This document shows, piece by piece, positions 47,050-55,929 of a stretch of DNA of 64,000 nt. Made by a program: the position numbers and the translations under genes. The notes under the pieces were generated by a model. The model was not told the DNA's origin, made no database searches, and saw only the letters and a list, made by a program, of their open reading frames with translations. The stretch's first letter is position 1. Every line of letters begins with the position of its first letter. The DNA lies in assembly GCA_965204055.1 (NCBI GenBank), contig OZ241967.1, forward strand, positions 1,186,126 through 1,250,125. Direction: 5' to 3'. The DNA is from Bdellovibrionales bacterium (GTDB taxonomy: Bacteria; Bdellovibrionota; Bdellovibrionia; Bdellovibrionales; UBA1609).

Positions 47050-48048
47050 TTAAAAAGTTTCGTCAAAAGCCACTTCCCCTTTTATCCCCACTTGATAAGC
47101 CGAGGGCTTTCTTTCAAAAAAGTTAGTTAGTTCTTGTGTGTCCTGAAGATCCATAAAACTAAAAGGGTTTCGGACTTTAAATTGAGGTGGAATGCCTAAT
47201 TGCTCTAAACGCAAGTTGGTAATATACTGAAGATAGGTTTTCATATCTTTTAAACTCAACCCAACTACTCCTCTTTCCAAAATTTCTTCAGCAAAAGAAA
47301 GTTCACAGTCAATAGCTTCGTGAAACATAGCTATAATCATGTTATTCATACCGGGGTGAAAAATATCAGGCTGTTCTCTTCTGGCCACTTCAATCACTTT
47401 AAAGGCAAACTGAATGTGACAGCTTTCATCTCGAAACACCCAATTAGTTCCTGTAGCCAGACCATTTAAAAGCCCTTTGGAACGCAAAAAGTACACATAA
47501 GCAAAGGCTGAAAAGAAAAATAACCCTTCAATAGCCCCCGCGAAACAAATCAAATTCATCAAGAAACTTCTTTTATCTTCTAAAGTATTTAATTTGTTTA
47601 ATTGCTCTACAGTGTCCATCCATTTAAAGCTGAAGTCTGCTTTTTTCTTAATAGAGGGGATTTCAGTAATAGCGGAAAAAGCTTTAGCCCGCTCGTTATG
47701 ATCAGGAATATAAGAGTCCAGGAGAGTGAGATAAAATTGCACATGAAGCATCTCTTCGTAAAGCTGGCGCCCTAAATACATGCGCGCCTCCGGGGAATTG
47801 ATATGCTTATATAAATTTAACACCAGGTTATTGCCGACAATGGTGTCTCCTGTGGCAAAAAAAGCCACCAACCTTTGAATCAGGAATGTTTCATTAGGGT
47901 TCAACTTTTGGCTTAAATCTACAATATCTGGACTAAAATCCACCTCATCTACAGTCCAAGTATTTTTGATGGCGTTTTTATACATTTCGTAAAACATGGG
48001 GTATTTCATAGGTCGCAAAGTAAGCTCAAAACCAGGATCTAATATCAT
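47050..48048 (-). CDS. nrdB: class I ribonucleotide reductase small (beta) subunit
   Basis: 332 aa; di-iron ligand motifs EEMLHVQFY and RDESCHIQF; typical R2 length. Confidence 0.85.
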   Translation of the reverse strand: MILDPGFELTLRPMKYPMFYEMYKNAIKNTWTVDEVDFSPDIVDLSQKLNPNETFLIQRLVAFFATGDTIVGNNLVLNLYKHINSPEARMYLGRQLYEEMLHVQFYLTLLDSYIPDHNERAKAFSAITEIPSIKKKADFSFKWMDTVEQLNKLNTLEDKRSFLMNLICFAGAIEGLFFFSAFAYVYFLRSKGLLNGLATGTNWVFRDESCHIQFAFKVIEVARREQPDIFHPGMNNMIIAMFHEAIDCELSFAEEILERGVVGLSLKDMKTYLQYITNLRLEQLGIPPQFKVRNPFSFMDLQDTQELTNFFERKPSAYQVGIKGEVAFDETF

Positions 48049-48208
48049 TAAAATTTCTCCTTTTTTTATATATGTTGTTTATATTTATTATATGTTAGCC
48101 CACTCTGAATAAATAATCAGCAATGAGCAACGCGTTGAAAATTTTTCAGGACCAAATAATTGAAGTAAAATGATGTTATTTATTTATTGCGTCGCGTTAC
48201 TCCCAAAA

Positions 48209-48286
48209 CGGAAGTGCAGGTGCATCTTCAGAAGCAACTGGCAAAATTAACCATCAGCAACATGGATAACTATCCCCCTTTGGGGG
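48209..48286. repeat. single copy of the 83-bp hairpin-ended repeat family
   Basis: GCAGGTGCATCTTCAGAAGCAACTGGCAAAATTAACCATCAGCAACATGGATAACTATCCCCCTTTGGGGG, identical to the units at 61301-61632, abutting the stop codon at 48287. Confidence 0.85.
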
Positions 48287-50962
48287 CTATTTGCAGGGGA
48301 TTTTGTTTGTCCGACACATCCATTGAACACGATGGCTCATCCTCTGAAATATGTCATCATGCGGAGAACCAAACTTCCCCACCTTGTGGTTTAATTGCTT
48401 GCCCTTCGGCAATAACTTCTTTAAATCTAAACTCGCCAATCCCCTCTTGCTCCCTTTTCCCCTTTTCGCACTCCTTCTGTATCCTCTCCTTGAATTTCCA
48501 CTGGCAGAACCTCCACCGCTGTAACCCGCAAACTTACCCCCCGCATATCCATGTAATATCTTCTTGCCCTTAGCTGAATCTCCACCTCCGGATCCCCTCC
48601 TACCAGGACCGGAAGAACCACCACCGCCACCAAGACCACCAAGCCCCCCGCCTGTGCCACCACCGCGTCCGCCAAGCAGTCCACTCATACCACCCGGAGA
48701 ACTCTTGTCTTCCTCTTGCTCATCCTCCCCTAAATCAGGCTCCTCTCCCAATGGATCCGCAGGCCCGGAAAGAGGGTCATCATCTGGTAATTCAAAGGGC
48801 TTCCTCCTTCTCTTACGAGGATCCTTATCAGGACCACCCCCTCCCAACTCTGGAACCGGAGCAGGAGGACCATCTGGAGAGGATATAATTGGGGAACCAG
48901 TAGGCCTGATTATCGGTTGTTGTGGTATAACTGGGGATTTTTGTTCCCACTCAAGCGGTGGTTCACCACCACACTCCCGCATAGACGCTAAAAGACTTGT
49001 ACCTATGTTTGTGCTCATATCTTGTATTGATCTATTGGCCTCACGGCCTGTTACCTCACATTGCCCAGGAGCTTTTGCTATATTTACCTCTCTGCCATCG
49101 CTTTGGGTTGTGTGAGTGGTTATATATTGTTCTTTATAATGACTAAAAAACCTCTCTGTGCAAGAATGCTCTGAAGGATTATATCCTTCTTTGTCTCTTA
49201 TACTACCACGGCAAGCCTCCTTAAACGCTTTTGCCACCTTATTCTGCTCCTGACGACAGCCTGATTGACAACTGTTAGCCTTGCTTGTGCATTGACCAAC
49301 CATTGCCCCCTTCATTCCCGCATAAAGACCAGAAGTCTCTTTTACCGCGTCACATTGCTCCTTTGCCCCTCTAAATGCACTCATACCTACATGTAATTTG
49401 CCTAAACCATCTAAAGCCGTGGCTAATCCTCCACCCACACACTGCTCAGGACTATGGCAACATTTGTTGGCTTTTTTTTGAAGCTCCGCACAGGTCTCTA
49501 TCGCCTCCTCTAAAGCTAAAACTAAATCCGCCTCGCAACTCTGATTTTCATCCCTCTTACACACCACCCACCACGAAAAAGGCTGTATAGGTTCACCAGA
49601 TTCGTCAAACTGAGCATCTACCTCTTTTTTCACAAAGGGCGATATATAGCTTATATAGCTATCCTCAGTAATATTATTTATTAGGAAACTCAGATGTTCA
49701 TTAGAAGTATCTGTAGTACCTAAACCCAGTCCCCTCCTTCTTGAAGAAGCACTTGTCATTTTAGAAAAATAACCTACTATGTCTTCAGGATTAACATCGG
49801 TAAATATCTTTTCTGCTTTTGTTTGTCCCGCCACCTCACAAAATTCTAGACAGCCTGGATTACCTTTTGTAGCGGGTTCTTTACATAGGAGAGTCACACC
49901 ACGCCCTTTTTCCTCTGCTTTTTTTTTAATGTATCCTGAGCATTTTTCAGCATATATTTTATTGAATGTGTCTTTTAACTTCGATAAACACCCTCCACGC
50001 TGTCCCTCAATAGATTCTTCTACTGCAAGCGGAATATTAAGAGGGGGGCTATCGCAAATAGTACTGCATTCTATGTCATTTATTGAATCACAAACCCCTG
50101 TTTTACCACTTATAGAATTTACATATTCATTACACTGGTCTTGGCATTCTCCCGTATCAGTGGCTACCGATGATCGCTCACTCGTTTCCTTAAGTCTTCG
50201 ACATTCTGCTAAGTGCTCAATATTAGTACGTGACAGACAAACCCTATCGCAAGGTATTCCACCGCTGGTCCGTAAATTAGAATATTTTGTTTCACATTCA
50301 TTTTCTACTTGTACATGATCTGAACCATCACTTAATATTTCCTGTTTGCACATGGCTAATACTTTGCCAAGCTCACCTCTCATATCACTACCACCGCGAC
50401 GACAAGCACTATAACAGGAATACCCTTGTACGAATACTCTTTGAAATTTTTCACAGGTTGATGAATCCCCACCTGCTGTACTGGAGACGGATCGTGCATC
50501 TGCATCTGCAACCGAACCGTTAATCATTTCCCTCGTTTTTGTTGAATCATAAGCGAAACGGCTTAACTGTGCTTCTGATTCAACAGGGCTTGATTCCGCA
50601 TCTTTTTCATGATCAGCACCAGCATCATCACCATCACCATCACTATCACCATCACTCCTCCATGTCGCTTCCATCTCTGTCATACGTTGGTTACATTCTT
50701 CGTCTAACGTTGCACCTCTGAATATTTCAACTCCATTTATGGATCTTTTATCTCCACCTCTCAGACAACGCTCATATACCTCTCTGGGGGTTGTTTGTGC
50801 ATAGCCACTAAAACAGAACAAAATCTGTATCAAAACCACTATCAGAACACTTAAAGCTTGCAATATACCCTCCCTTATGCCTGCTTTTCTAAAGAAGTTA
50901 ACCTGATTTTTAGAAGAATATAAAAAAATAAAAGCCAAAACTGCTTGACAGTTTTCCCGCAA
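48287..50962 (-). CDS. large secreted cysteine-rich protein with a Pro-rich and Gly/Arg-rich C-terminal half (paralogue of 61634..64000)
   Basis: 891-aa ORF from a TTG. The likely true start is the TTG at 50863, preceded by AAGGGAGGG. That gives the signal peptide M-QALSVLIVVLIQILFCFSGYA|Q. No recognisable catalytic motif. Confidence 0.7.
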   Translation of the reverse strand: MRENCQAVLAFIFLYSSKNQVNFFRKAGIREGILQALSVLIVVLIQILFCFSGYAQTTPREVYERCLRGGDKRSINGVEIFRGATLDEECNQRMTEMEATWRSDGDSDGDGDDAGADHEKDAESSPVESEAQLSRFAYDSTKTREMINGSVADADARSVSSTAGGDSSTCEKFQRVFVQGYSCYSACRRGGSDMRGELGKVLAMCKQEILSDGSDHVQVENECETKYSNLRTSGGIPCDRVCLSRTNIEHLAECRRLKETSERSSVATDTGECQDQCNEYVNSISGKTGVCDSINDIECSTICDSPPLNIPLAVEESIEGQRGGCLSKLKDTFNKIYAEKCSGYIKKKAEEKGRGVTLLCKEPATKGNPGCLEFCEVAGQTKAEKIFTDVNPEDIVGYFSKMTSASSRRRGLGLGTTDTSNEHLSFLINNITEDSYISYISPFVKKEVDAQFDESGEPIQPFSWWVVCKRDENQSCEADLVLALEEAIETCAELQKKANKCCHSPEQCVGGGLATALDGLGKLHVGMSAFRGAKEQCDAVKETSGLYAGMKGAMVGQCTSKANSCQSGCRQEQNKVAKAFKEACRGSIRDKEGYNPSEHSCTERFFSHYKEQYITTHTTQSDGREVNIAKAPGQCEVTGREANRSIQDMSTNIGTSLLASMRECGGEPPLEWEQKSPVIPQQPIIRPTGSPIISSPDGPPAPVPELGGGGPDKDPRKRRRKPFELPDDDPLSGPADPLGEEPDLGEDEQEEDKSSPGGMSGLLGGRGGGTGGGLGGLGGGGGSSGPGRRGSGGGDSAKGKKILHGYAGGKFAGYSGGGSASGNSRRGYRRSAKRGKGSKRGLASLDLKKLLPKGKQLNHKVGKFGSPHDDIFQRMSHRVQWMCRTNKIPCK

Positions 50963-50967
50963 TATGA

Positions 50968-50985
50968 GGGGGGGGGGGGGGGGGG
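50968..50985. repeat. homopolymer G18 (C18 on the coding strand) upstream of the cysteine-rich protein gene
   Basis: Counted 3+10+5 G in the printed blocks; lies between TTTTAC and TCATATT on the minus strand. Confidence 0.9.
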
Positions 50986-51304
50986 TAAAAGTTTTTTTTG
51001 ATTATAAAGTTTCATATTATCTATTCTATCGGCTGTTCTGATAAAAACTTGAACCATTTTTTTCATTTTAGTAAAAAAGTGTGTATTTAAAGACAAACTG
51101 TGTCCAAAAAACAGGTTTTTCACCAACTATTTTAACCGAATATGATAAAAATTCCTGCAGGAAAGTAAACAAGACTTACTTTGCTCCAAAACAGGCGAAT
51201 AGACTCCTGACTTCCGCATTATGCGCCCCGACTTCAGCACAACACTATGTGTTAAAAAAATATTTTGATGTTTTGTTCGGATGGAACAAAGAGGATTAAA
51301 CTTC

Positions 51305-51374
51305 AGAATAAGGCAGATGAGAGAATAAGGCAGATGAGAGAATAAGGCAGATGAGAGAATAAGGCAGATGAGAG
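51305..51374. repeat. 4 x 17-bp tandem repeat (AGAATAAGGCAGATGAG)
   Basis: Units start at 51305, 51322, 51339 and 51356; intergenic. Confidence 0.9.
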
Positions 51375-51792
51375 AGATTTTAACAAGAGACCAATATAGC
51401 CTTATAGAAAATGAAAACAAAAATCTTTATTGTCCGCCCTCTAAAAGCACACAAGAAATAAGATCCATATACGAGGCCTTAGGTCTTAAAAGAGTGTCTA
51501 AATTTTGAACCAAATCTTAAAAATGTGTTCCCTCCAAAATTTTGTAAGTATCTGAAATTACTCATTTATTGCATTGTGTTGTGCGGAAATCGGGAAAAAC
51601 TCTTGACTGGAATTTTATTACTATAGTAGTTTTTTTGCAGGCTACTATTGATATTCGGTTCACTTTTTATCATTCCAGCTTAAGAACAGGAATCTTGCTG
51701 TTTTGTTGTAAGCTGGTCCTCTATAGTCGTCTGTGAAAAAACTAACTGAGCTAAAAAAGCAATAAAACCACAATCTTAAGGAGGAAAAAATT

Positions 51793-52578
51793 ATGTTTTA
51801 TGGTAACATGGGAGTCGGAGCAATAATTGGTATTGGCATTATTATTCTATTTCTTATTTTCTCTATTATCAAAATTTTACCAGAGTGGCAAAGAGGTGTA
51901 ATCCTTCGATTCGGGCGATTTGTGGGGGTCCGTGGCCCGGGGCTGATTATCCTGATTCCTATGGTGGAGCAAATTAGACGAGTGGAAACCCGAACCATAA
52001 CTATGGATGTCCCTCCTCAGGATGTAATCACCTTAGACAACATAAGCTTAAAAGTAAACGCTGTGCTTTATTTCCGCATTACAGATCCAGAAAAAGCCAC
52101 CCTTAAAGTGGAAAACTATGCAGAAGCCACCTATCAGTTAGCGCAAACTACTTTGCGAGCCACCTTAGGGCAATATCAATTAGATGATCTGCTGGCTAAA
52201 AGAGACAAAATAAACCACACCCTTCAAAATATTTTGGACCACGAAACAGAACCTTGGGGTATTAAAATTTCAAAAGTGGAAGTAAAACATATTGACTTAC
52301 CTAAGGAAATGCAAAGGGCTATGGCTCGTCAAGCGGAAGCGGAAAGAGAGCGAAGAGCCAAAGTCATTAGCGCGGAAGGAGAATTTCAAAGAGCAGAAAA
52401 GCTGAAAGAAGCCTCAGAGATTATTTCTTCCTCCCCTTCAGCCATACAGCTGGCCTACCTACAAGCTTTAAACGAAATTTCTAATGAAGGCACTAAAACA
52501 GTAGTTTTTCCAATTCCCATGAACCTGTTAGAAGCTTTTCAACAGTTTAAAAAAGAACCGGAAAAAAATGCCAATTAG
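51793..52578 (+). CDS. SPFH/band 7 (stomatin-like) membrane protein
   Basis: 261 aa; N-terminal TM then an SPFH domain (PEWQRGVILRFGRF..GPGL, TLDN..L.V.AV, WGIKISKVEVKHIDLP, AEAERERRAKVISAEGE). Confidence 0.85.
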   Translation: MFYGNMGVGAIIGIGIIILFLIFSIIKILPEWQRGVILRFGRFVGVRGPGLIILIPMVEQIRRVETRTITMDVPPQDVITLDNISLKVNAVLYFRITDPEKATLKVENYAEATYQLAQTTLRATLGQYQLDDLLAKRDKINHTLQNILDHETEPWGIKISKVEVKHIDLPKEMQRAMARQAEAERERRAKVISAEGEFQRAEKLKEASEIISSSPSAIQLAYLQALNEISNEGTKTVVFPIPMNLLEAFQQFKKEPEKNAN

Positions 52579-52667
52579 AGTCCCTGGCAATGTCTATTCT
52601 ATTTATGTTTTTGAGTGTTAAAAAATTAGGAAAAATAGTTTTTTTAAGATTGTAGCTTTGGAAAAAA

Positions 52668-53873
52668 TTAAAGAGGTTTTAGTCTGAGAATTTTCCCAGC
52701 ATCTACGGACAAATAAATAAATCCCTTTGGCCCCTCTATCACATTACGAACCCTAAACTCCAGATCCGATAACAATCTTTCTTCTGTGTGAGGTTTTTGA
52801 TTTTTTATTTCCACCCGGTTTAAATGTCTTAAAACTAACGCACCAGAAAAAAAACTATGCTTCCACTTTTTAAATTTCTTGCCGGAATAAATAAGCAACC
52901 CAGAAGGAGCAATAGAAGGAACATAATATTTTATAGGCCCCTCCATTCCCTTTTTCTCAAAACCTTCGCCTATTTTAGGTCCCCAATATTCTCTGCCGTG
53001 GGTAATAACGGGCCAACCATAATTTTTGCCTTTCTGTATCAGGTTAATTTCATCTCCCCCTCTTGGGCCATGCTCTTGCTCCCAAATTTGCCTGGTTTCG
53101 GGATGGATAAAAAGCCCTTGAGAATTGCGATGGCCAAAACTCCAGATCTCAGGTTGAGCACCTTTCACAGAAACAAAAGGGTTGTCTTTTGGAGGCTTTC
53201 CGTCTTCTGTTAAGCGCAAAACTTTTCCAAAATGATTATCTAATTTTTGAGCAAAATGCCGTTCTGTTCGATCTCCCACTGTGACATATAAAAAACCGGC
53301 TTTGTCAAATACCATGCGAGAACCAAAGTGACGACTGGCAGAAACGGCCGGGCGCGCTTTAAAGATGTCCTTTAACTGCACCAATGCCCCATCTTTTAAA
53401 ACCGCCACCGCCAAGGCTGTTGTCTGTTTTCTCCTTTCCTCCTTGGAATAAGAAAGATACACTTTTTTATTTTCTGAAAAACGAGGGTGAAGAGCTATAT
53501 CTAATAAACCTCCTTGACCTCTGGCATATACTTTAGGCGCGCCAGAAATAGACACTACTGCCCCCGTCTGAATATTTAGTTTTTTGATACTCCCTTCTCT
53601 CTCAGTAAAAAGCATTTCCGTCTCGCTGATAAAAACCATACCCCACACGATCCCTAAATCTTCTGCCAACACTTCCACGGCAAAAGGGACACTAACAGAA
53701 GGGTATTGTTTCAGAATTTTCCAGTTCGGATTAGACACCTTATCGGAAGATTTTTTTTCCACTCCGCAAGCTGGCAAAATAACCAAACTACTAACAATTA
53801 AAAAAATAAAAGTGATTTTAAACCCGTTAGATATACTGATCCAATTAAATATTTCCTGTTTCATATATACCAT
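52668..53873 (-). CDS. PQQ-dependent soluble sugar (glucose/sorbosone) dehydrogenase family lipoprotein
   Basis: 401 aa; lipobox LPAC; HFGSRMVFD, GHRNSQGL and EHGPRGGDEINLIQKGKNYGWP beta-propeller motifs. Confidence 0.8.
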   Translation of the reverse strand: MVYMKQEIFNWISISNGFKITFIFLIVSSLVILPACGVEKKSSDKVSNPNWKILKQYPSVSVPFAVEVLAEDLGIVWGMVFISETEMLFTEREGSIKKLNIQTGAVVSISGAPKVYARGQGGLLDIALHPRFSENKKVYLSYSKEERRKQTTALAVAVLKDGALVQLKDIFKARPAVSASRHFGSRMVFDKAGFLYVTVGDRTERHFAQKLDNHFGKVLRLTEDGKPPKDNPFVSVKGAQPEIWSFGHRNSQGLFIHPETRQIWEQEHGPRGGDEINLIQKGKNYGWPVITHGREYWGPKIGEGFEKKGMEGPIKYYVPSIAPSGLLIYSGKKFKKWKHSFFSGALVLRHLNRVEIKNQKPHTEERLLSDLEFRVRNVIEGPKGFIYLSVDAGKILRLKPL

Positions 53874-53983
53874 TTTACAGTGTTCTTTTTCAATCTCAAG
53901 CCCTAAAGCCTTTCGTTTTAAATTTATAGATTCAATAAAAGCAGTATTTTTAAATTACAGAACAAAATGGAAGTTGGTAAGTT

Positions 53984-54763
53984 TCAGTAGCCGATTTTAA
54001 AATCCTCTTCTGGAAGAGTAAGGATTTCACACCCCCCTTCCTGAATAAGCACAGTATGCTCAAACTGAGCAGAAAGAGTTTGATCAGAAGTCTCGTAATA
54101 TTTAATCTCAGAATCTTGTATTTCAAACTCCTTTATAGGGGCTGAAGTCTCGTTAACCATAGGCTCTACTGTAATACAGCAATTAGGTTTTAAAACCACG
54201 CCCTTGCCTCTTTTTCCTATAGAGGACACAAAAGGCTCTTCATGAAAGTTTTTACCGATTCCGTGGCCTCCGATCTCTTTCACCGGGTAAAATCCTTTTC
54301 TTGTCACACATTTATTAATAGCAAAACCAATATCTCCCGTTGTCCTACCTGCCTGCACCTGCTCAATCCCCTTCATCATAGCCTGATACGCACATTCTGT
54401 AATGATCTGAGCTTTTTTTGACACCTTTCCTACATAAAAAGTTCTGGAAGTATCTCCATGAAAACCGTCTTTAATGCAAGTTACATCAATATTTACAATA
54501 TCCCCTTCCCGCAAAATATAAGGCCCTGGAAGACCATGACAAATACAATGGTTCACAGAAACACACACAGACTTAGGATACCCCTTATATCCTAAAGGAG
54601 CTGGCACAGCCCCTAAAGACAAAGTAAGCTTATGCGCTGTTTCATTCAATAGCTCTGTGCTAATTCCAGGCTGAACAGCCTTTCCCACCTGGGCTAATAC
54701 CTCAGCCGCTAAACGGCCTACTGCCCTCATTAAAAGTATTTCCTGCTCTGTTAAAGGAGACAT
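53984..54763 (-). CDS. map: type I methionine aminopeptidase
   Basis: 259 aa; metal-ligand context DIVNIDVT, GFHGDTS, GHGIG, EPM and FEHT. Confidence 0.9.
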   Translation of the reverse strand: MSPLTEQEILLMRAVGRLAAEVLAQVGKAVQPGISTELLNETAHKLTLSLGAVPAPLGYKGYPKSVCVSVNHCICHGLPGPYILREGDIVNIDVTCIKDGFHGDTSRTFYVGKVSKKAQIITECAYQAMMKGIEQVQAGRTTGDIGFAINKCVTRKGFYPVKEIGGHGIGKNFHEEPFVSSIGKRGKGVVLKPNCCITVEPMVNETSAPIKEFEIQDSEIKYYETSDQTLSAQFEHTVLIQEGGCEILTLPEEDFKIGY

Positions 54764-54807
54764 AAAACCCTTTGGATGATTAAATTAAAACCCCATATAC
54801 TAAGACA

Positions 54808-54840
54808 CAAAAAAAGGAGCTTGTGTTAAAAACAAGCTCC
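54808..54840 (-). terminator. rho-independent terminator candidate downstream of the SWIB gene
   Basis: Minus strand GGAGCTTGT-TTTTAAC-ACAAGCTCC followed by TTTTTTT. Confidence 0.55.
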
Positions 54841-54873
54841 TCTCTTAGTAAATTTTAATAAACCATTGTCATT

Positions 54874-55278
54874 TTACTTTAGATGTTTACCCAGTCCTCC
54901 TGGCACATCAAACATACGAATCTGCTTTTTGTTTCCAAAAATCTGTTTCAGTTTGTCATCTAAGTTTATATTTCTTCTGTTTTTTGAATCCTGCAACCCA
55001 TTCTTTTTCACATAGTTCCAAAAATACTTAATAGCCTTTTGCCTTGTAACTGACTTAGCACCTATTACTGCTGAAAGCTTATCTGAAGCTTTCATTGTTT
55101 TCATAAGAGCTGGATTCAGCTTTCTTTTCTTTTTCTTGGCTACTTTCTTCTTGGCTTTCTTCTTTACTACCTTCTTCTTAGCTTTCTTCTTTACTACCTT
55201 CTTCTTAGCTTTTTTCTTTACTGCCTTCTTTTTAGCTTTTTTCTTTACTGCCTTCTTTTTAGCTTTTTTCTTTGCCAT
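54874..55278 (-). CDS. SWIB/MDM2-domain protein with a lysine-rich (histone H1-like) repeat N-terminus
   Basis: 134 aa; N-terminal (KKKAKKKAV)n; C-terminal LSAVIGAKSVTRQKAIKYFWNYVKKNGLQDSKNRRNINLDDKLKQIFG matches the SWIB consensus. Confidence 0.8.
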   Translation of the reverse strand: MAKKKAKKKAVKKKAKKKAVKKKAKKKVVKKKAKKKVVKKKAKKKVAKKKKRKLNPALMKTMKASDKLSAVIGAKSVTRQKAIKYFWNYVKKNGLQDSKNRRNINLDDKLKQIFGNKKQIRMFDVPGGLGKHLK

Positions 55279-55440
55279 GTTGACCTCCAGATTGTGTGAC
55301 TGTTTTGAAACAGGTTCTATTTACAAGGTAGATAATACCCATAAAATATCCGATTATCAAAAGAAAAAATTAAAAAAAATATTTTATGACTTAGGACAGT
55401 AAAAAAAGATTAAGCTATATGGGTAAATGAACCCGCAAAA

Positions 55441-55773
55441 TTAGAGCTTTTGAGGCTTTTTCTGACAAGGAGGAGAGGGCGAAACAGGAGCACTTACGCT
55501 GGCCCATTCTTCAGGAGTCATAGTCTTCTGAGAGAAGGCATGAACAGGCCCATTAAGCTCATCTTTTAAAATTTGATACACTTTTTGATGACGCTGAACA
55601 ACACCTAAACCCTTAAAATCATTGGAAACAATCAGGACACGAAAATGGGTTTCCGCTCCTTCAGGGGTTTGATGGTTAAAGCTCTCATTCACCACCTCTA
55701 ACAGTGCAATATTAAGCTGAGCTGTCAATTTTTGCCGTATCTTACCTTCTATACTCATATCTTCTGCTACCAT
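55441..55773 (-). CDS. BolA-family protein
   Basis: NESFNH....ETHFRVLIVSNDFKG...VQRHQKVYQIL......VHAFSQKTMTPEEW fits the BolA consensus. Confidence 0.8.
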   Translation of the reverse strand: MVAEDMSIEGKIRQKLTAQLNIALLEVVNESFNHQTPEGAETHFRVLIVSNDFKGLGVVQRHQKVYQILKDELNGPVHAFSQKTMTPEEWASVSAPVSPSPPCQKKPQKL

Positions 55774-55929
55774 ATATAAAAGCCATTAGGAAAGGAGAAA
55801 TTCTTTCCTGGTTTATCTCAGAGAATAAACTAAAAAAATTAACGCTAATGGACTTAAGTCCAGCAAATTAATTAACGCCCTGTTCCTAAATGGAGACAAA
55901 CAGAGTTTTTCACAAGCTATCAAACCCGT

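Noticed and set aside
48187-48573. ORFs 48187..48573, 61401..61616 and 61567..61920 beginning MHLQKQLAKLTISNMDNYPPLGA
   Set aside because: They start inside the 83-bp repeat unit and run antisense into the 3' ends of the cysteine-rich genes. The repeated N-terminus is an artefact of the repeat.
48209-49543. Diversity-generating retroelement (template/variable repeat pair) as the explanation for the near-identical gene 3' parts
   Set aside because: No reverse transcriptase is present in the window. The few differences between copies are not adenine-specific, and the duplicated segment (1.3 kb) is far longer than DGR TR/VR pairs.
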